Part shown: positions 1 through 13,383 of the stretch, piece after piece
How the letters are laid out: the number at the start of each line of letters is the position of its first letter
Position numbering within the stretch: the stretch's first letter is position 1
Source of the DNA: Camelus dromedarius
Taxonomy: Eukaryota
Reading direction: 5' to 3'
Assembly (NCBI RefSeq): GCF_036321535.1
Contig: NC_087436.1
Location: forward strand, 65,474,001-65,538,000
Length of the DNA stretch: 64,000 nt
Notes under the pieces: model-generated
Databases searched by the model: none
What the model was told of the DNA's origin: nothing
Seen by the model: the letters and a program-made list of their open reading frames with translations, nothing else
Program-made: the position numbers and the translations under genes

Positions 1-205
1 CTGTTCAAAGACAGACAGACCTAGGAAAGTCATTTATTGTATTCTCTGACTTTATGTTGGGAATATCTTTGTTTTTCAAGTTTCTCTATAAATGTCCCAT
101 TAAATATTTACTTGTCACAACTTCTTGATCCTTCACTACCTCTTTTTTTTTTTTTTTTTTCCAGAATGGAAACTTCCAATACTGTCTTCAGATCATGATA
201 CTGGT

Positions 206-780
206 TGTCAACCATTGTTTAACAGTTCATATACATGCTTACTGAGGAGCCCAGCTCCTGGTTAAAGAACTTTATGTTATGCCTAAACATAAGCAATCAC
301 AAAGGCTTTACCTGGCAGGCTTCACAGGGCCTTCACTCTTAGGTTTATTTACCTGAGGCTGTCACAGAAGTCCTCTTTAAGAACCTCTGCTGAGAGTTCC
401 TCATGAAGGGAGGAGGGAAACACCTTTAATAGACTTTTCCCCACTCTGACTCAGAAATCAGTACTCTTTCCACTTCTCGCCCTTCCTCCTTGCCCTCCCC
501 ATGTCCTCAGGGTTCATAAAACTCCCAGAGCCTTTTGTTTGGGGCTCCCTAAATAGTGAGACAACCCCACATCTGTGCTGATCCATCTGACCCTGAACCA
601 GTGCACCATTTCATGAGGAGTATAAAACAGGGGAGTCATTTGTGTTCTCTAGTTTTAGGCTTTCGCTTATTCCATTGCAGTAAGTGATTAAAGGCTTAAC
701 TCTTTCCATTTTAGCTTGGTTCTTTAATCAGCTACTCCACACCTGACAGCTTCCTGCTCATCTAAGCTGAGCTCATGACA
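206..780 (+). mobile_element. Solo ERV1-class LTR (MER67-like)
   Basis: TGTCA...TGACA inverted termini, CATAAAA TATA-like motif near 515, ATTAAA near 688, GC-richer than flanks; no clear TSD. Confidence 0.6.
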
Positions 781-1849
781 CTTAACACACCCTTACCTCA
801 TGACAATTAAATTTCAGTTACCTAAATGACACTGATATAGGGCACCTTTTATAGAGCTATCCACATATGGAAAGGTGAATAATTTCATGATCCTTTTATT
901 TTATGGCAGATTGCTTTCATATGCTATTATGATACATAACATCATCAACATTTATCTGAAATCACCCACTGTTTGTTTTTAATATCATGATATAATACTT
1001 GTAGCACGAAGACTTCAGTTAATGAAAGTGGCTAGGCATTTCCTGCTAAGTTTTAATGATTCCTGAATTTTTATTCCAACCTGGCAATATCTGCTCTTCA
1101 ACTTTTAATCTGACATAATAATTCTTAGTCGCATAATTTTTTAAGTTAAAATGTGTCATTTTCGTAATTAAAAAAATCAGTTAAAATAAAAATTTATTTA
1201 GTCCTTGTTTTTTTAAATCTAACTTGAATGGAGTTCGAGTGATGTATATTTTTTCTCAACATTAGAAACTTTCTTCTCTTTCTGTATTTGATTGTTCCAG
1301 AACCCATTTTTATAAGCTTGTACTCATATTTATTCCTATTTCATTTTTATATTGGTTATTTATAAATCGGTTTACAAAAAGTCAATTATCTTTGAAATTG
1401 AGATTATTCAGCAAACAGACAGCAGAGTTAATTTTTCTCAGAATTCTCAAGCCACTCTACTTCTTTAAGAGTATCTGGTCCTCAGCTAATATCTGAATTT
1501 TGTAAAATATTTTGTTTTTGCTTTCCTGATATAAACCCCCAATTCAAGTCTGTGTTAAACACAAAGGGCATGTCCCTTTTAACTCAGTATGAAATGCTAT
1601 AATGAATGAGCACACAATGTGAGTCAATGAGTTATTTTATCAAGCCAACCATATAATACTTCTAAATATTTAGTTGTGGAACTTAAACAAACTAAAGACA
1701 ATTTCTTTCACAGTATACTGGCAATTAATAGTTATACCCTTACTCTGCATTTCACATTTGATTCAAGAATGGATAACATGCAGAAGAATTATATTAAGAT
1801 CATGTATTATGTATAATTTGCTGTTAATTAAACATAAAGACTATACAGA

Positions 1850-2090
1850 CAGGTGGTGTAGTATAAGGTCAACAAATCTGCAATCAGAAAAGATCAGAAT
1901 TGAAGTTCTGACTGCAACCTACTTCTACTGTATTCTTGGACAAGTTGAATATTTTTCCCTATCCTCTGTTTCCCACCTGTTAATATAGAACTCACAGAGT
2001 TGTTGTAAGAATTAAATAATAAAATGTATGAAAACAATCAGTTTTATGTGCAGTCATAAATATTAAATAAGTGGCAACTGCTATTATTTG
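1850..2090 (+). mobile_element. MIR SINE, decayed
   Basis: MIR core-like ggacaagttgaat...ctctgtttcccacctgt...ctcacagagttgttgtaagaattaaa. Confidence 0.7.
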
Positions 2091-3175
2091 CATTAATATT
2101 GACATCTTTGAATGTCTGTGTAAATTTTATTTTAAAAATCTTATTAACAGTTTAATATAATAGAGTCATCTTTACACATGACTGGAAGTCTAGAAAAATA
2201 AAATCTATAACAAAAATAAGAGAAAAGAAACCAGATTTGGCTTGCTTGTGTCTCTAACCAATATGAACTTGAAGTTAGTGACACTGGTTTACTTTTATAC
2301 ACCTACCACATAAGTACACTAGATCAATTAAGCAGATATTAATATGTTCTAGAACACTAATCTGTGTGTTTTTCACTTCAATCATTCTCTATTTACCACA
2401 TAAGATCAAGCTGCCAGGGAATAACTGTGGAGTGATAAACAATTAGGAATAACATGATTTGATAACTAATATGCATTATTCACAGGTGCAATATTATTAT
2501 AATGAATTACAACTTTGGGCTTTTAGAGAAAAAAAGAGTATTTAAAATCCAGATGTGGGTTTTCGCTGATATTGGGAAAAAATAATGACTGCCCTTAATT
2601 TTGCAATTTAAAGCTTAGTGAATAGTGATTATTACTTACTTAAATTTCCATATTTTAAAAGATTATCCAAAGATGAATTTGTACATCTGCTCTATACTGT
2701 GTATCTACTAGAAGCTGGACTGTTTATGACACTTAATCACCAGTATTTCTTTGAGTCCTCTTTACTAAAAATCTATATCTACTGATTTTGTAGTAATCTA
2801 ATATATTCAAAGAAGTTCAAACAGGAAAAATGATTTTCAGGTACTGAAAGTAATCACTGGGAGGCAAATTTATCTGAAATCATACCACTGGCATGAAACA
2901 CTGAGATAATCTAGTTTATGTAATTATTTTATAACTATGGTAACCGAAGACCAGAAATATTAATGACTTACAAGTTATAGAAGTTAGTGGCAGAGAGTTT
3001 CAAATATCTAGTGCCTTTTCCTCTGTAATAATTCTAGGTAATTTATTATTTTGACATATAACATGATATTTACAAGGATAAACTGGATTGGAAAAAACAT
3101 TTACTTTACTAATACCACTTCATTTCTTGCTTACCAATTCTAAAACTGGTTTTAATAAAAGGGAAATATAATTTG

Positions 3176-4085
3176 GTTTTTTATATTTTAAATTTTTTTA
3201 TTGAAGTATAGTTAATTTATAATGTTAATTTCAGGTGTACAGCAAAGTGATTCAGTTATAAATACACATACATATGTATTTTCTTTTCAGATTCTTTTCC
3301 ATTATGTTATTACAAGAAAAAAGATATAGCTCTTTGTGCTATACAGTAGGTCCTTGTTTATCTATTTTATATATAGTAATATCTGTTAATACCCAACCCC
3401 AAATTTATCCCTCCCTGCCCTTTCCCTTTGGGTAATCATGGTTTGTTTTCTATGTCCATGAGTCAGTTTTTTTGTTTGTAAATAGAATTTGTATCATTTT
3501 TTAAAGATTTCATATATAAGTGATATTATATGATATTTATCTTTGTCTGACTTACTTCCCTCAGTATGATAATACTAGGTCCATCCATACTGCTGCATTA
3601 TTTCATTCTTTTTTATAGCTGAGTAATACTCCATTGTATATATATACCACCTCTTCCTTATCCAGTCATCTGTTGATAGACATTTAGGTTGTTTCCATAC
3701 CTTGGCTATTATAAATAGTGCTACTATGAACACTGGGTTGCATGTGTCTTTTGGAATTATAGTTTTCTCTGGATATAAGCCCAGAAATAGGATTGCTGGA
3801 TCATATGGTAAGACTATTTTTAGTTCTTTAAAGAACCAATACTGTCCTCCATAGTGGGCTGCACCAATTTACTTTCCCATCAACAGTGTAGGAGGATTCC
3901 TTTTTCTCATACCCTCTCCGGTATTTATTATTTGTAGACTTCTTAATGATGGCCATTCTGATTGAAGTGAGGTATACCTCACTGTAGTTTTGATTTGCAT
4001 TTCTCTAATAATTAGCAAACCTGAGCATCTTTTTATCTGTCTGTTGGCTATCTGGTTGTCTTCTTTGGAGATATGTCTCTTTAGG
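3176..4085 (-). mobile_element. 5'-truncated L1 (ORF2 C-terminal remnant + 3' UTR), camelid-type
   Basis: Poly-T at left end, L1 3' UTR, ORF2-like peptide [11 protein letters not shown]; 16-bp TSD AGGGAAATATAATTTG at 3160-3175 and 4083-4098. Confidence 0.93.
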
Positions 4086-5489
4086 GAAATATAATTTGAT
4101 ATAATTTTATTTGAATTCACAAAAATATACATTTAAAAATTAGCATGATTTGGAAAAAAAATTAGTTGAACTACTAGTAAGACAAAAGAAACAAAAGAGT
4201 CGTGGGAGGAAATTATAAATTTCTAGCAGGCTCCCTGTGTAAATGGACACTAGGGTTATGGCCCACCATAAAGGTGCCCCCAAGAGTTGAATTACTTAGA
4301 TTAGGTCAAGGAGACCACAGGCAGAGAAACATCTTCAAGTGATGGGTGTAATACATACTGAAGGACAGTTTACTGTAAGCAATATATTTATGCTTCCCTA
4401 GTCTGCTCTTTTTTAGTCTTAGGCTTCTTTACATTTCCTGTTTGATCACTTCTTTTACAGTGTGTATGATTTTCCAAATTTTAGTTAAATTGTAACACAA
4501 ATGATTCCTACAATTTTCTAAAGTGAACTAAACAGTTTTCAAATTATTTTTTCTGTAGTGTTTGTCTTTTATATTGTTAACTCTTTTGAATTATGCATGG
4601 CGTTTCTTCTATATATTTTTCTTTGTAACATGAGAGGACTTCTAGTATCAGGGAAGTCCCAATTAAAATTATACATAGATTTATTCTTTCTGTTGACCCT
4701 TACTGTCCACATGACTTATTTCAGGTATAGAGCTAACGTGCTGGTTATAGTGTAGAGTTTCTGCTCCAGTTTGCTGGTCTTCTTTTGTGTTTTATTTATG
4801 ATAGATCTTCTGAGTTGCATTGGATTCCTGCTACCTGGGCCCACTCAAAAGATTTAAGAAGAGAAATTTATGTATGACATTATGCAAGCCATTTTTTCCC
4901 CTGCAACACAATATTCACTTGTCCACCACTTCCAGGATTACTTCTTTTTAATCATCAGACTCACATCATGAAAGTGAGGTTCTACCCACTGATCACTTCT
5001 GTACTAAGTCATCAGGTGTTGCTATGACAAGGCCAGAAATGGAGACTTTATTGGATAGTCTAGTAATGGAATACTCATAACTATCCATGAGCCAGAAAGG
5101 CCTCATGCAACAGAAAGGTTGTGTTTTTCCTTCAGGCTAGCATGGTTTTGTTTTTAAAGCTATATATTAAAAGTGGAACCACTAATAGTGGTCCTACTTT
5201 CTATTTTTCCCAAGTGGTTCCAATATTTTGCGTTATGGCTCTCCCTGAATTATGATTAGTGAAAATTTATCCAGGTATGTATCAGGATGTTGACCAGTAT
5301 GAATAGTTGCTGTACTCTGCCTTTCTTGTTCTGATTTCAGCACTATTGCAATGGAAACATGGGACTGAATGATTGTGGTTTTGCTAGCCTTTCTTCATAA
5401 ATCATAAATATCTGCCTAATATTTTTTATTAAGTTAGGGAACACTGAACTCTATTATTAGATCAAAAATCTTTCTTAGCCTCAAAATGG

Positions 5490-5900
5490 CTTCCATCCAT
5501 TTATTTACTATGAAATCACTTATTAAGCACCTACTGTGTAATACAAACTATGCTAGGCAATAAAGATGCAAAAATAACAAGATAGATATTCTCTGCCACA
5601 TTCTAATAGAAGAAATAGATATACAATGAGTATGCAGAAAAAATTACAGTATTTTGTTTTATTAAGTGTTTTGAAGAAATACCACAGTGAATAAGCAAAT
5701 GAAGACTACATAAGACAAAAAGGTAAAAAAAATAAAGTACTTTTGCATAATGCCTCTTTGAAGAAAGGACATTTAAGCAGTGTACTAAAGGAAGAAGAGT
5801 TAGCTGTGAGAAGAATAAAGGTACTATTTGGGGAAATGCTCATGTAAGACGGAAGAGAACATACAGATAATACTGAGGTGTAATAAATATACTGAAAGAC
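5490..5900 (-). mobile_element. L2 3' fragment (resumes at ~6330-6450)
   Basis: ttattaagcacctactgtgt...tgctaggca is the reverse complement of the L2 3' end. Confidence 0.7.
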
Positions 5901-5929
5901 GTTAAATTAAAAAAAAAAACATTATAGTA

Positions 5930-6320
5930 CCTGTCAACATTTATTCAATTGAATTGAATGGTGTAGAGTAGTCTAGACCAGCAGGGAGTTTATTTTCTCT
6001 CCTAACAAGACTTTGGTCAGACAATTTGGATCTGTGAAAGTCAGTGAATCGGACCCTTTCTTTACTGACTTTTATCACCCCAGTCATTGTGTGTATGTTC
6101 TAGGCAGGAAAAGGGAAAGTCTAAGTCCATCTGAAAAGTACCTTTTGTAGATGCTCAAGACAGTGGGCTCTTCCTGTATCTCACTGGTCATACTCATGTG
6201 GTCACCATGATGCTCCAGGACAACCTAGCTAGTGTCTTTAAGCTTGGCATATTGATACCATAGGGAAAATTTATGATCCATTAGAAGTGAAAAGGGGAGA
6301 ATGGATAGAAATTAGCAATG
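5930..6320 (-). mobile_element. Old MLT1 (K/L-like) MaLR LTR within L2
   Basis: ctcactggtca...ggtcaccatg...agcttggcatattg...aaggggagaatggat motifs of old MLT1 LTRs. Confidence 0.55.
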
Positions 6321-7069
6321 TGAAAAGGGCTAGATGTATAAATGAGTTCGGATAGATATTTAGGAAGCAAAACTTGAAGCACACTGTAGGCCATGCTATG
6401 GAGGTTGAGATTTATTTTATTGGCAGTGGGATGTTATTTTAGGCAGGAAAAAGACACAGTATAAACTGTTTACTTCTGTTATGATAATCAAACACTCACT
6501 CACATCACAGACTGTTTCGAAGATGCAAGGATTTCCTCTATAATTTGTTAAGGCTGTTGGGCTTTGTACATGTATATTTTGTTCTATGTTTGGTTATTGT
6601 TATTTAGACTCCTTTGTGCATTTTTGAAATAACATTCTTTTCAAAGAACGTAGAATTAATCATGATATATTCTGTCATATTACACAGATAAACTAGCATG
6701 TAGTATTTAGAATTCAGTATTAGAGAAATTGAGTCAGCTGCTATTATTTCAATTATATTTTTCCCCCATGATAGCAATGCTGTTTACTATGTTAATTTTA
6801 CTGTTTAACTTTTGATTTTCCAGGAAGTAAAGTCGTTAAATTAAAATATATCAACAAGGCCAAATATATTATATACATACATATTATTATATAATATACT
6901 ACACATATTTATAATATATTCATAGAGACACACTAATTTCTAGTAATGGAGAAGGCTGCCATTAGGGATAAGGATCAAGTGAAGTGACTAAATAACCTTA
7001 AAAATAACTTGCTAAAGAAAATGATTTGATCTCTGGAAACTGTTCACTTCACTTTTCCTCACTTTCAGT

Positions 7070-7520
7070 TAAAAAAACATTTATCTGTCCACTTAGGACC
7101 AAAAGTCAGATATCAGACCTGATTCCTTCCTTTCCTTTACCACTTACTCCATTAGGAAGGTTAGATTAATGCCCGTATTAGTATTTTCTATCAAGGCTAT
7201 TCTCCTACCTGAGGGCATTTGTACTTGAAATTCCCTCTTCTTAGAATATTTTCTCCCACTCCTTGCCTCCTTCATATATCCTTCATTGTCACCTCATCAG
7301 TCAGGCCCTCTCTGACTACCATGTTTAAAATTGGAATGTCTTCTTTCCTACAAATTTCCTCCCTCTCTCTTATTTATGCTCCTTCACAGTATTTCCATCA
7401 CATAACATGCTATATATTTTACTTACATATTTTATTAATGTCTTTCTCTTCTTCACAACATGTAACCACCGTGAAAAGAGCAGTGATTTTTATGTTTTGT
7501 CTACTGCATTCTTTCTTCCA
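7070..7520 (+). mobile_element. L2 fragment
   Basis: gtcacctcatcagtcaggccctctctgactacc-type L2 3' region. Confidence 0.55.
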
Positions 7521-8975
7521 AAATAAGCTTTAGAAAAACCCAATCATGAACCACAGATTTTTTATATGGAATAATATAATTTTAGGATAAATCTAAGTAA
7601 TTATCTCTTCTTTCTAGTGACTCTGAACCAGGTATCTACCCCCATAATTCTCCTAACTTTTGTTTTCTATGAAATACATTTTAAGTTTCTTAACACCCTA
7701 GTATCTTCGACTTTGTGTTATAATTCTTACCATTCAGTCATATTTTAGCAAAAAGCAAGAATTGTTTACCCAAAAAGTTTGAAAATAACCATTACATAAT
7801 AATAACCAACAGAATGCAGAAAGTCACAAAACTGACACAACCTCTCAAGAAAACTAGAAACAGACTTTTTAACTGAAAGAGATTGTAAAACTATCATCTA
7901 ATGTATTATTGAGCCAAGAAAAGTGTAAACTGAAACTTCATAAAGCATAACATAGGAGACCTAAGGCTTCCACTGAAATAAATTAGTAAAGTCAACACTT
8001 GGAACTATGATTTAGAGCAAATCAACTAAAATTTGTAAAAACACATATTTGAGCAAGTTTTAAATTGTTACAATCTTATAAGCTTGATTAAGCCTAGTAT
8101 AGTTTTTGTTTGGTTTGCATTATCTTAAAGCAACCTAAATTATTATAGTTGTAATAATGTCACAAGCAAAATAAAGATAAAAGGAAATTTATGAAATAGT
8201 TTGTTAGAGGAAGGGGAGATTTGAGTTAGATATTGTCCTTTGCTTATTTCCCTATTACCACTGACATCTCTAAAATATCCATCATATAGATAGTAAAGCT
8301 CAGGATCAAGTGTGAAATACAATCAAAGGCACTGTGACAAATTGAAGATATATAATCTATCATTTAGATTCTTTTCATACAATGTGCTTCTTTATAATTT
8401 TATTTGAATGAGTCCAGAAACATTTTGACATTGCTCTTTCCATCTTACTTTCCCATAAAGTATAAAGTTCCTTAACTTCAATACTCTTACTTAGAGATTG
8501 ACAAGGACCTCAACTTATCATTTGAGTAATTCCAACAAAACATATGTATTTGAGTGAACTTGTTTATAATGCTATTTTCCACATTAGAAGCGGGAAAATT
8601 TTGTCTCTATGGAATATGTCAGCCAATGAATAATTACCAACTTAATTTTCATCATCTGTTCTAAATAGATGGTAATTTCCATCATGTCAAAATTTCAGAA
8701 GGCAGTTATTACTAAACCAAAATAATTATGTAAAATAGGATGAAAACCATACAAGTAATTAGAGAGTAAACCTAAGTCTAACATATGCCTAACTCAATAT
8801 TATCCTGAATGAAACCGAAAAGGACAGCATCAATGTGGGTTTTAAATGGGAACATATTATTATTATTTGATGACATAACTTTGGGCAAATTATTTGGTAA
8901 GTAAGAAAATCAAAACTACAAATACAATTTTATCACAGAGATTTTTTAAATGTCAGAGACAACTCTTTGGCCATT

Positions 8976-9114
8976 ATATTTATTTATTTAAATTTTTTGG
9001 GGGTGGAGGTAATTAGGTTTATTTATTTATTTATTTTTAATGGAGGTACTGGGAATTGAACCCAGGACCTTGTGCATGCTAAGCACATAATCTACCACCG
9101 AGCTATACCCTCGC
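8976..9114 (-). mobile_element. tRNA-derived SINE, Vic-1-like (camelid)
   Basis: Minus strand reads GAGGGTATAGCTCGGTGGTAGA (A box)...GGTTCAATTCCC (B box) AGTACCTCCATTAAAAATAAATAAA...CCTAATTACCTCC; flanking direct repeat TGGCCATT at 8968-8975 and 9121-9128. Confidence 0.9.
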
Positions 9115-10522
9115 TGGCTCTGGCCATTTTATTTTATTTTATACTATAAATATTATAACATTATTGGCCTGTAGACCTAAAAAAGAAAAGAAACAATTGG
9201 CTGAACAGGACATGACATCTGATGGGAGATACTGTTAGGATAAAGTCTGAAAGAGAGGTTATATATGGTTCTCAGAATTCATTATGATATCTACTTTATC
9301 TACTCATCCACATGAGATACATTAAATTAAAGACTTTTGATACTGAACATCCTTCTCCTTTAAGTTTATTTGGGAAGAAAAGGAAAAAAAAACTTTTAAA
9401 TGAACTCTTACCAGTACTTGAAATTCAGTATTTCTACTTCATATTTTGATTATTATAGAAAACTTAAATTATATGGTTACCATTCTTATAGGTTAAACTG
9501 GTAATGTTAGAAACTTCATGTGGTTCAGTGTAATATGTCTGGTGTTTTTCCTTTCAGTTCTGCATTTGAATATAGTTAGTGTCCATATGCAACATAAGTT
9601 TTTAATGCTATATGTAATTAACAAATAAAACTTTAGGAGATAAAACTGCTCTACTTCCCCTTTAAAATGATAAATTTTATGTTCAAAGACACTATCTCCT
9701 CTAGCCAATTAATAAATTATAGGGATATTCAATATTAAACCAATTATTAGAGGCTTAATTGGTAAAGTGAACACTAAGTCTTGACTTCAGATGATTATGT
9801 CATAGTTTAAAAATGATTAATCATATTTTCCTTTGTTAAGTTGTTATATAATATTGTATTTGATGTTAATTAATTTAACAGAAAATAAATTCAGTCTATA
9901 AGTGAAATTCAAGTACATTTGATAGATTTCTTTAATTGCTGTTCAGTATTGGGAATTAAAAAACATTTCCCAAATATGATTAACATGTATGGAATATGAT
10001 CATAATTTATATATTTCACATAAATTTTATATTTTTCAAATGCAAAAACTTAATCCACAGAAGAGAAATCAGTATTTTTGCTAAAAAAGTTCTTTATATA
10101 TCCAAGATAGATAGATTCATACACAAACACATATACACAAATATAAGCTACTATAATGTTATTAAAGATTGTAATAATGTTAATGAACATTTCTATCACT
10201 TATGTTTAAAGGTCATTAAAGAAAAAAGGGTAAAAACTATTTTTAAAACTGAAAATTATTTTAAAGTGAACAGTTGAACAAGAAATACATTTTGTCCTTT
10301 AGTTGAAAAGGAGATCAAGGAATTCAGACAAAGCAGAGTTATCACTATTATGAATTAAATTGACTTAATTGTGGCATAGCAATTTAAATGACATATTCAA
10401 AGTTCTCATAAATTAGAAATACATTCCAAAGAATAACATAGCCATTATCCAATTTTTTCCTAATTATTTTATTCCCACAAAATTTTCTTTTTAAAAATGA
10501 AGTTCATACTCTTGTCTTTGAC

Positions 10523-10574
10523 TTTATAATGAAGGAAAAATTGTTACTAAATTTATAATGAAGAAAAAATTGTT
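10523..10574. repeat. Direct duplication of a 23-bp unit (22/23 identical)
   Basis: tttataatgaaggaaaaattgtt (10523-10545) and tttataatgaagaaaaaattgtt (10552-10574). Confidence 0.85.
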
Positions 10575-12119
10575 TATTGTGAAACTAAGTAATGCTTTGT
10601 TATGAATTTTCATAGACAAACATACACAAAGTGATTAATAAAACTGATGAAGTAGAACTTGAACATTTTGCAATATAATAGCTTCAGTTTGGTCTCCAGT
10701 ATTTATCTTCATAGGGTAATCTGATGTGGGTGGAGTCTTTAAGAATTTAAATAACTTATTTTAAAATAATTTGAATTAATACCTATATCTGTATATTTTC
10801 TCTAGTAACTTGGATTTCACCTTATTTCTCTCTCTTTGTCTACCATTTCCTACACTAATTCATTACTTTGCCAGTCAAAAGAAATCTGTCTAAATGTATT
10901 TACTGTTTTAACATTAAAATATCTAACTTAAATACTGTGTTTCTGTAAATAAAATTAAATGCTGTATATTTAAATAAAATTTGTTCATTTAAATAAAAAA
11001 AGTCCATATTTGTGTAAGAACAAATGCATCAATTCTGGCCCAGTATCAGTAGGGGACACTTTAAATCATTTTCCTGATTCTAATATGTTTGCCTGGTAAC
11101 AAAATGAAAGACAAATGGGACACAACTGAAAATTGGGATTTTCCCTAATCTCATTTGGATAGCCACAGATTTAAGTTTTGTATTCACACATGAACCTCTG
11201 CTGTCTCTCAGGGCCAGGATCAGGTGGTGTTGCTTTTAAGGGGTGGGGAAGCAAAAGAAACCCAAAGCCAGAAAGCTCTAACACCCTGCTAACACAAATG
11301 AGGTTCATTAGATTTAAGTGTTCTAAATATTGCTTGATATCATATCCGAGGTCAGGATGAGCATGACCCCAGTTGCTGAGCATCTAATGAGGAAAGCTAA
11401 GTGGAGCTTAAATATAGAAATTGACTTGAGACCCCATGTGACTACAGAATGCACTAGCATTGCTAACAGGAGGGTCAGAACCATATCCCAAAAGTGTATC
11501 TCCCCAACATTTGATATGTTTTGTTATTTGTTTGCCTACAATACATTCTTCCATGCAATTCTTTATATATGGTCAACTTTATCAATCTTTTCACTAATGA
11601 TTTTTAAGGTATGAATATAATTCTATGGACTTTTACCACTCAGAATAATTCTATTTTCTCCTAAAAATGTTTTTAAGTTTAAATACTAAAGCAATCATTT
11701 GTCTTAAGTCAAGTATGGGAAAAATACAGAAGGTGACAATATTGGCCATTTATTATATTTAGGTTGACTATTTGAACAAATTATTTAAGAATACCAACCA
11801 AAACAAAGTAAAATGTATTTGACTGTAACTACATCATCAATAAAAGACATTTTTTCAATACTATCAAAGATGTTATGATTTAGAATATTGTAGTGACATA
11901 ATTTTGTTACTTAAATAAATCAAGTACATGACCTCTATGACTTTCAGATACATGCTTACATATATCAACACATAAATACTTTAGTAATGAAAAAGTAGAA
12001 ACAAATTTTAAATATTATTTTTAATTATTTTTGAATAGTGAAGTTATGTTTTCTATTAGTTTCTAGTAACAAGAATCCATTCTAATTTAAGCAGAAAGTT
12101 ACTTAATTCAGAGGCTTAC

Positions 12120-12490
12120 ATTTTTTGGAAGAGCTGTATGAGTAGACTATTTTTCTCAGAACAACAGAGCAAACAGTCTTTCACAGGAACAGCTTTGAAA
12201 TCCAAGATTTCAAAGTAATCAGGAAGCCATGCCAAGAGTCCTAGCTCGAAGACCACACTACTTTTTTCTGCAGTCCCCACAACCAAACTGATTGACCCAA
12301 CTGTGATATCCACAAAGCGAGCTACAACATTCCGAGAGCTCAGCTACAGCTCAGCTTCCGTCCTTCTTAAGAAAAAGCTGCAGAAGCATGATTCAAAATA
12401 GCAATACCTGTCTTCAAAATCTAGTCCACACACACCGCTTGGCAGAAGCTACGTTCTACGTGAGATATGAACTCTCCGAAAGTCTGAAAA
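12120..12490 (-). other. Candidate first (mostly 5' UTR) exon of an unidentified gene
   Basis: Unique sequence with locally raised GC and CpG, downstream of a TATA box, ending at splice donor AAT|GTAAGC (intron begins at 12119). Confidence 0.6.
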
Positions 12491-12620
12491 GCCCAGTCTT
12501 CAGCATTCCAGTCTCTTATATAGGGTAAGGCACTTAAGTGTGAGCTATTCTGCATTTGTCTACCACACAGATGTTTTTAAATCACTTCTTTTGGTTTTTA
12601 TGGCTTCACCCAATAGTCCG
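12485..12620 (-). promoter_or_regulatory. Candidate TATA-box core promoter
   Basis: TATATAAG on minus at 12522-12515, pyrimidine-CA initiator-like TTTTCAGA near 12485, palindrome CACTTAAGTG at 12531-12540, CCAAT at 12610-12614. Confidence 0.55.
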
Positions 12621-13383
12621 CAATAACTTTTTAGATCTAAATAGTCAAGTATTGCCATAGTCATTAGCATTCACACAGCACCTGTACTATACACATTAGT
12701 GGAAAGAGAAATCTCTGTCTCTAATTCAGTAACCTCCTCTCAACATTTTTTCTGTCACTCTATAACTAATCCATAATTTTCTTTAGAGAGTATGCTGAAA
12801 ACTTCAATCTTGTTTATGAACTTTTGAGTATTAGAAAATCTGGAGCTGAACAATCAAGGACCTTTTCAATTATCAGTTTTTGGTCTACTATATCCTAGGT
12901 TTTGTAGCAGAGGAGCTTAAGCCATGCTTAGCTTTTGCTAATTAAGCATACACTATTCTATTTTATGTGTCCTTTTTTTTATACAGTGGAGAAATTGGCG
13001 TTTTTCTCACAGGTGATTGGCCTTCATTTAGAATGTTTATGCTTCAAATAAAAATTGAACTGAAAGTCCATTTTTTAAATTGAAATAATTCTGTATCAGA
13101 AGACTCAGCCTTGAACCCATCTAGCACTTAGCAGTTAAATATTTGCAGTGCTTAGCAGTAAGTCTATTATTACTAGTAACATTAGGACTACTTAAAAAAA
13201 AAACAAAACAAAATAAAAGCTACACAAGTTATGCTAAGCACTTAAAATGCCTTACCCCTCAAAACAAAAACTTATGAGATGTATGTTGTTAATATCCTAA
13301 TTTTCTTTACTAAGAAACTTGGAGATTAGTAAATAGTAGAACTTAATTTTCATTAAAATCTTTTTTTTGTTTGTTTTTGGTCC

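Noticed and set aside
9040..9114. tRNA gene
   Set aside because: The tRNA-like head continues into a SINE body and A-rich tail with a TSD; stems are degenerate
11030..11440. Possible hAT/other ancient repeat fragments
   Set aside because: Resemblance too weak to name a family or set boundaries
12116..12313. 65-aa minus ORF in the candidate exon
   Set aside because: Starts at GTG with an in-frame stop shortly upstream and no ATG; its final ATG-TAA overlaps the splice donor, so it is more likely 5' UTR
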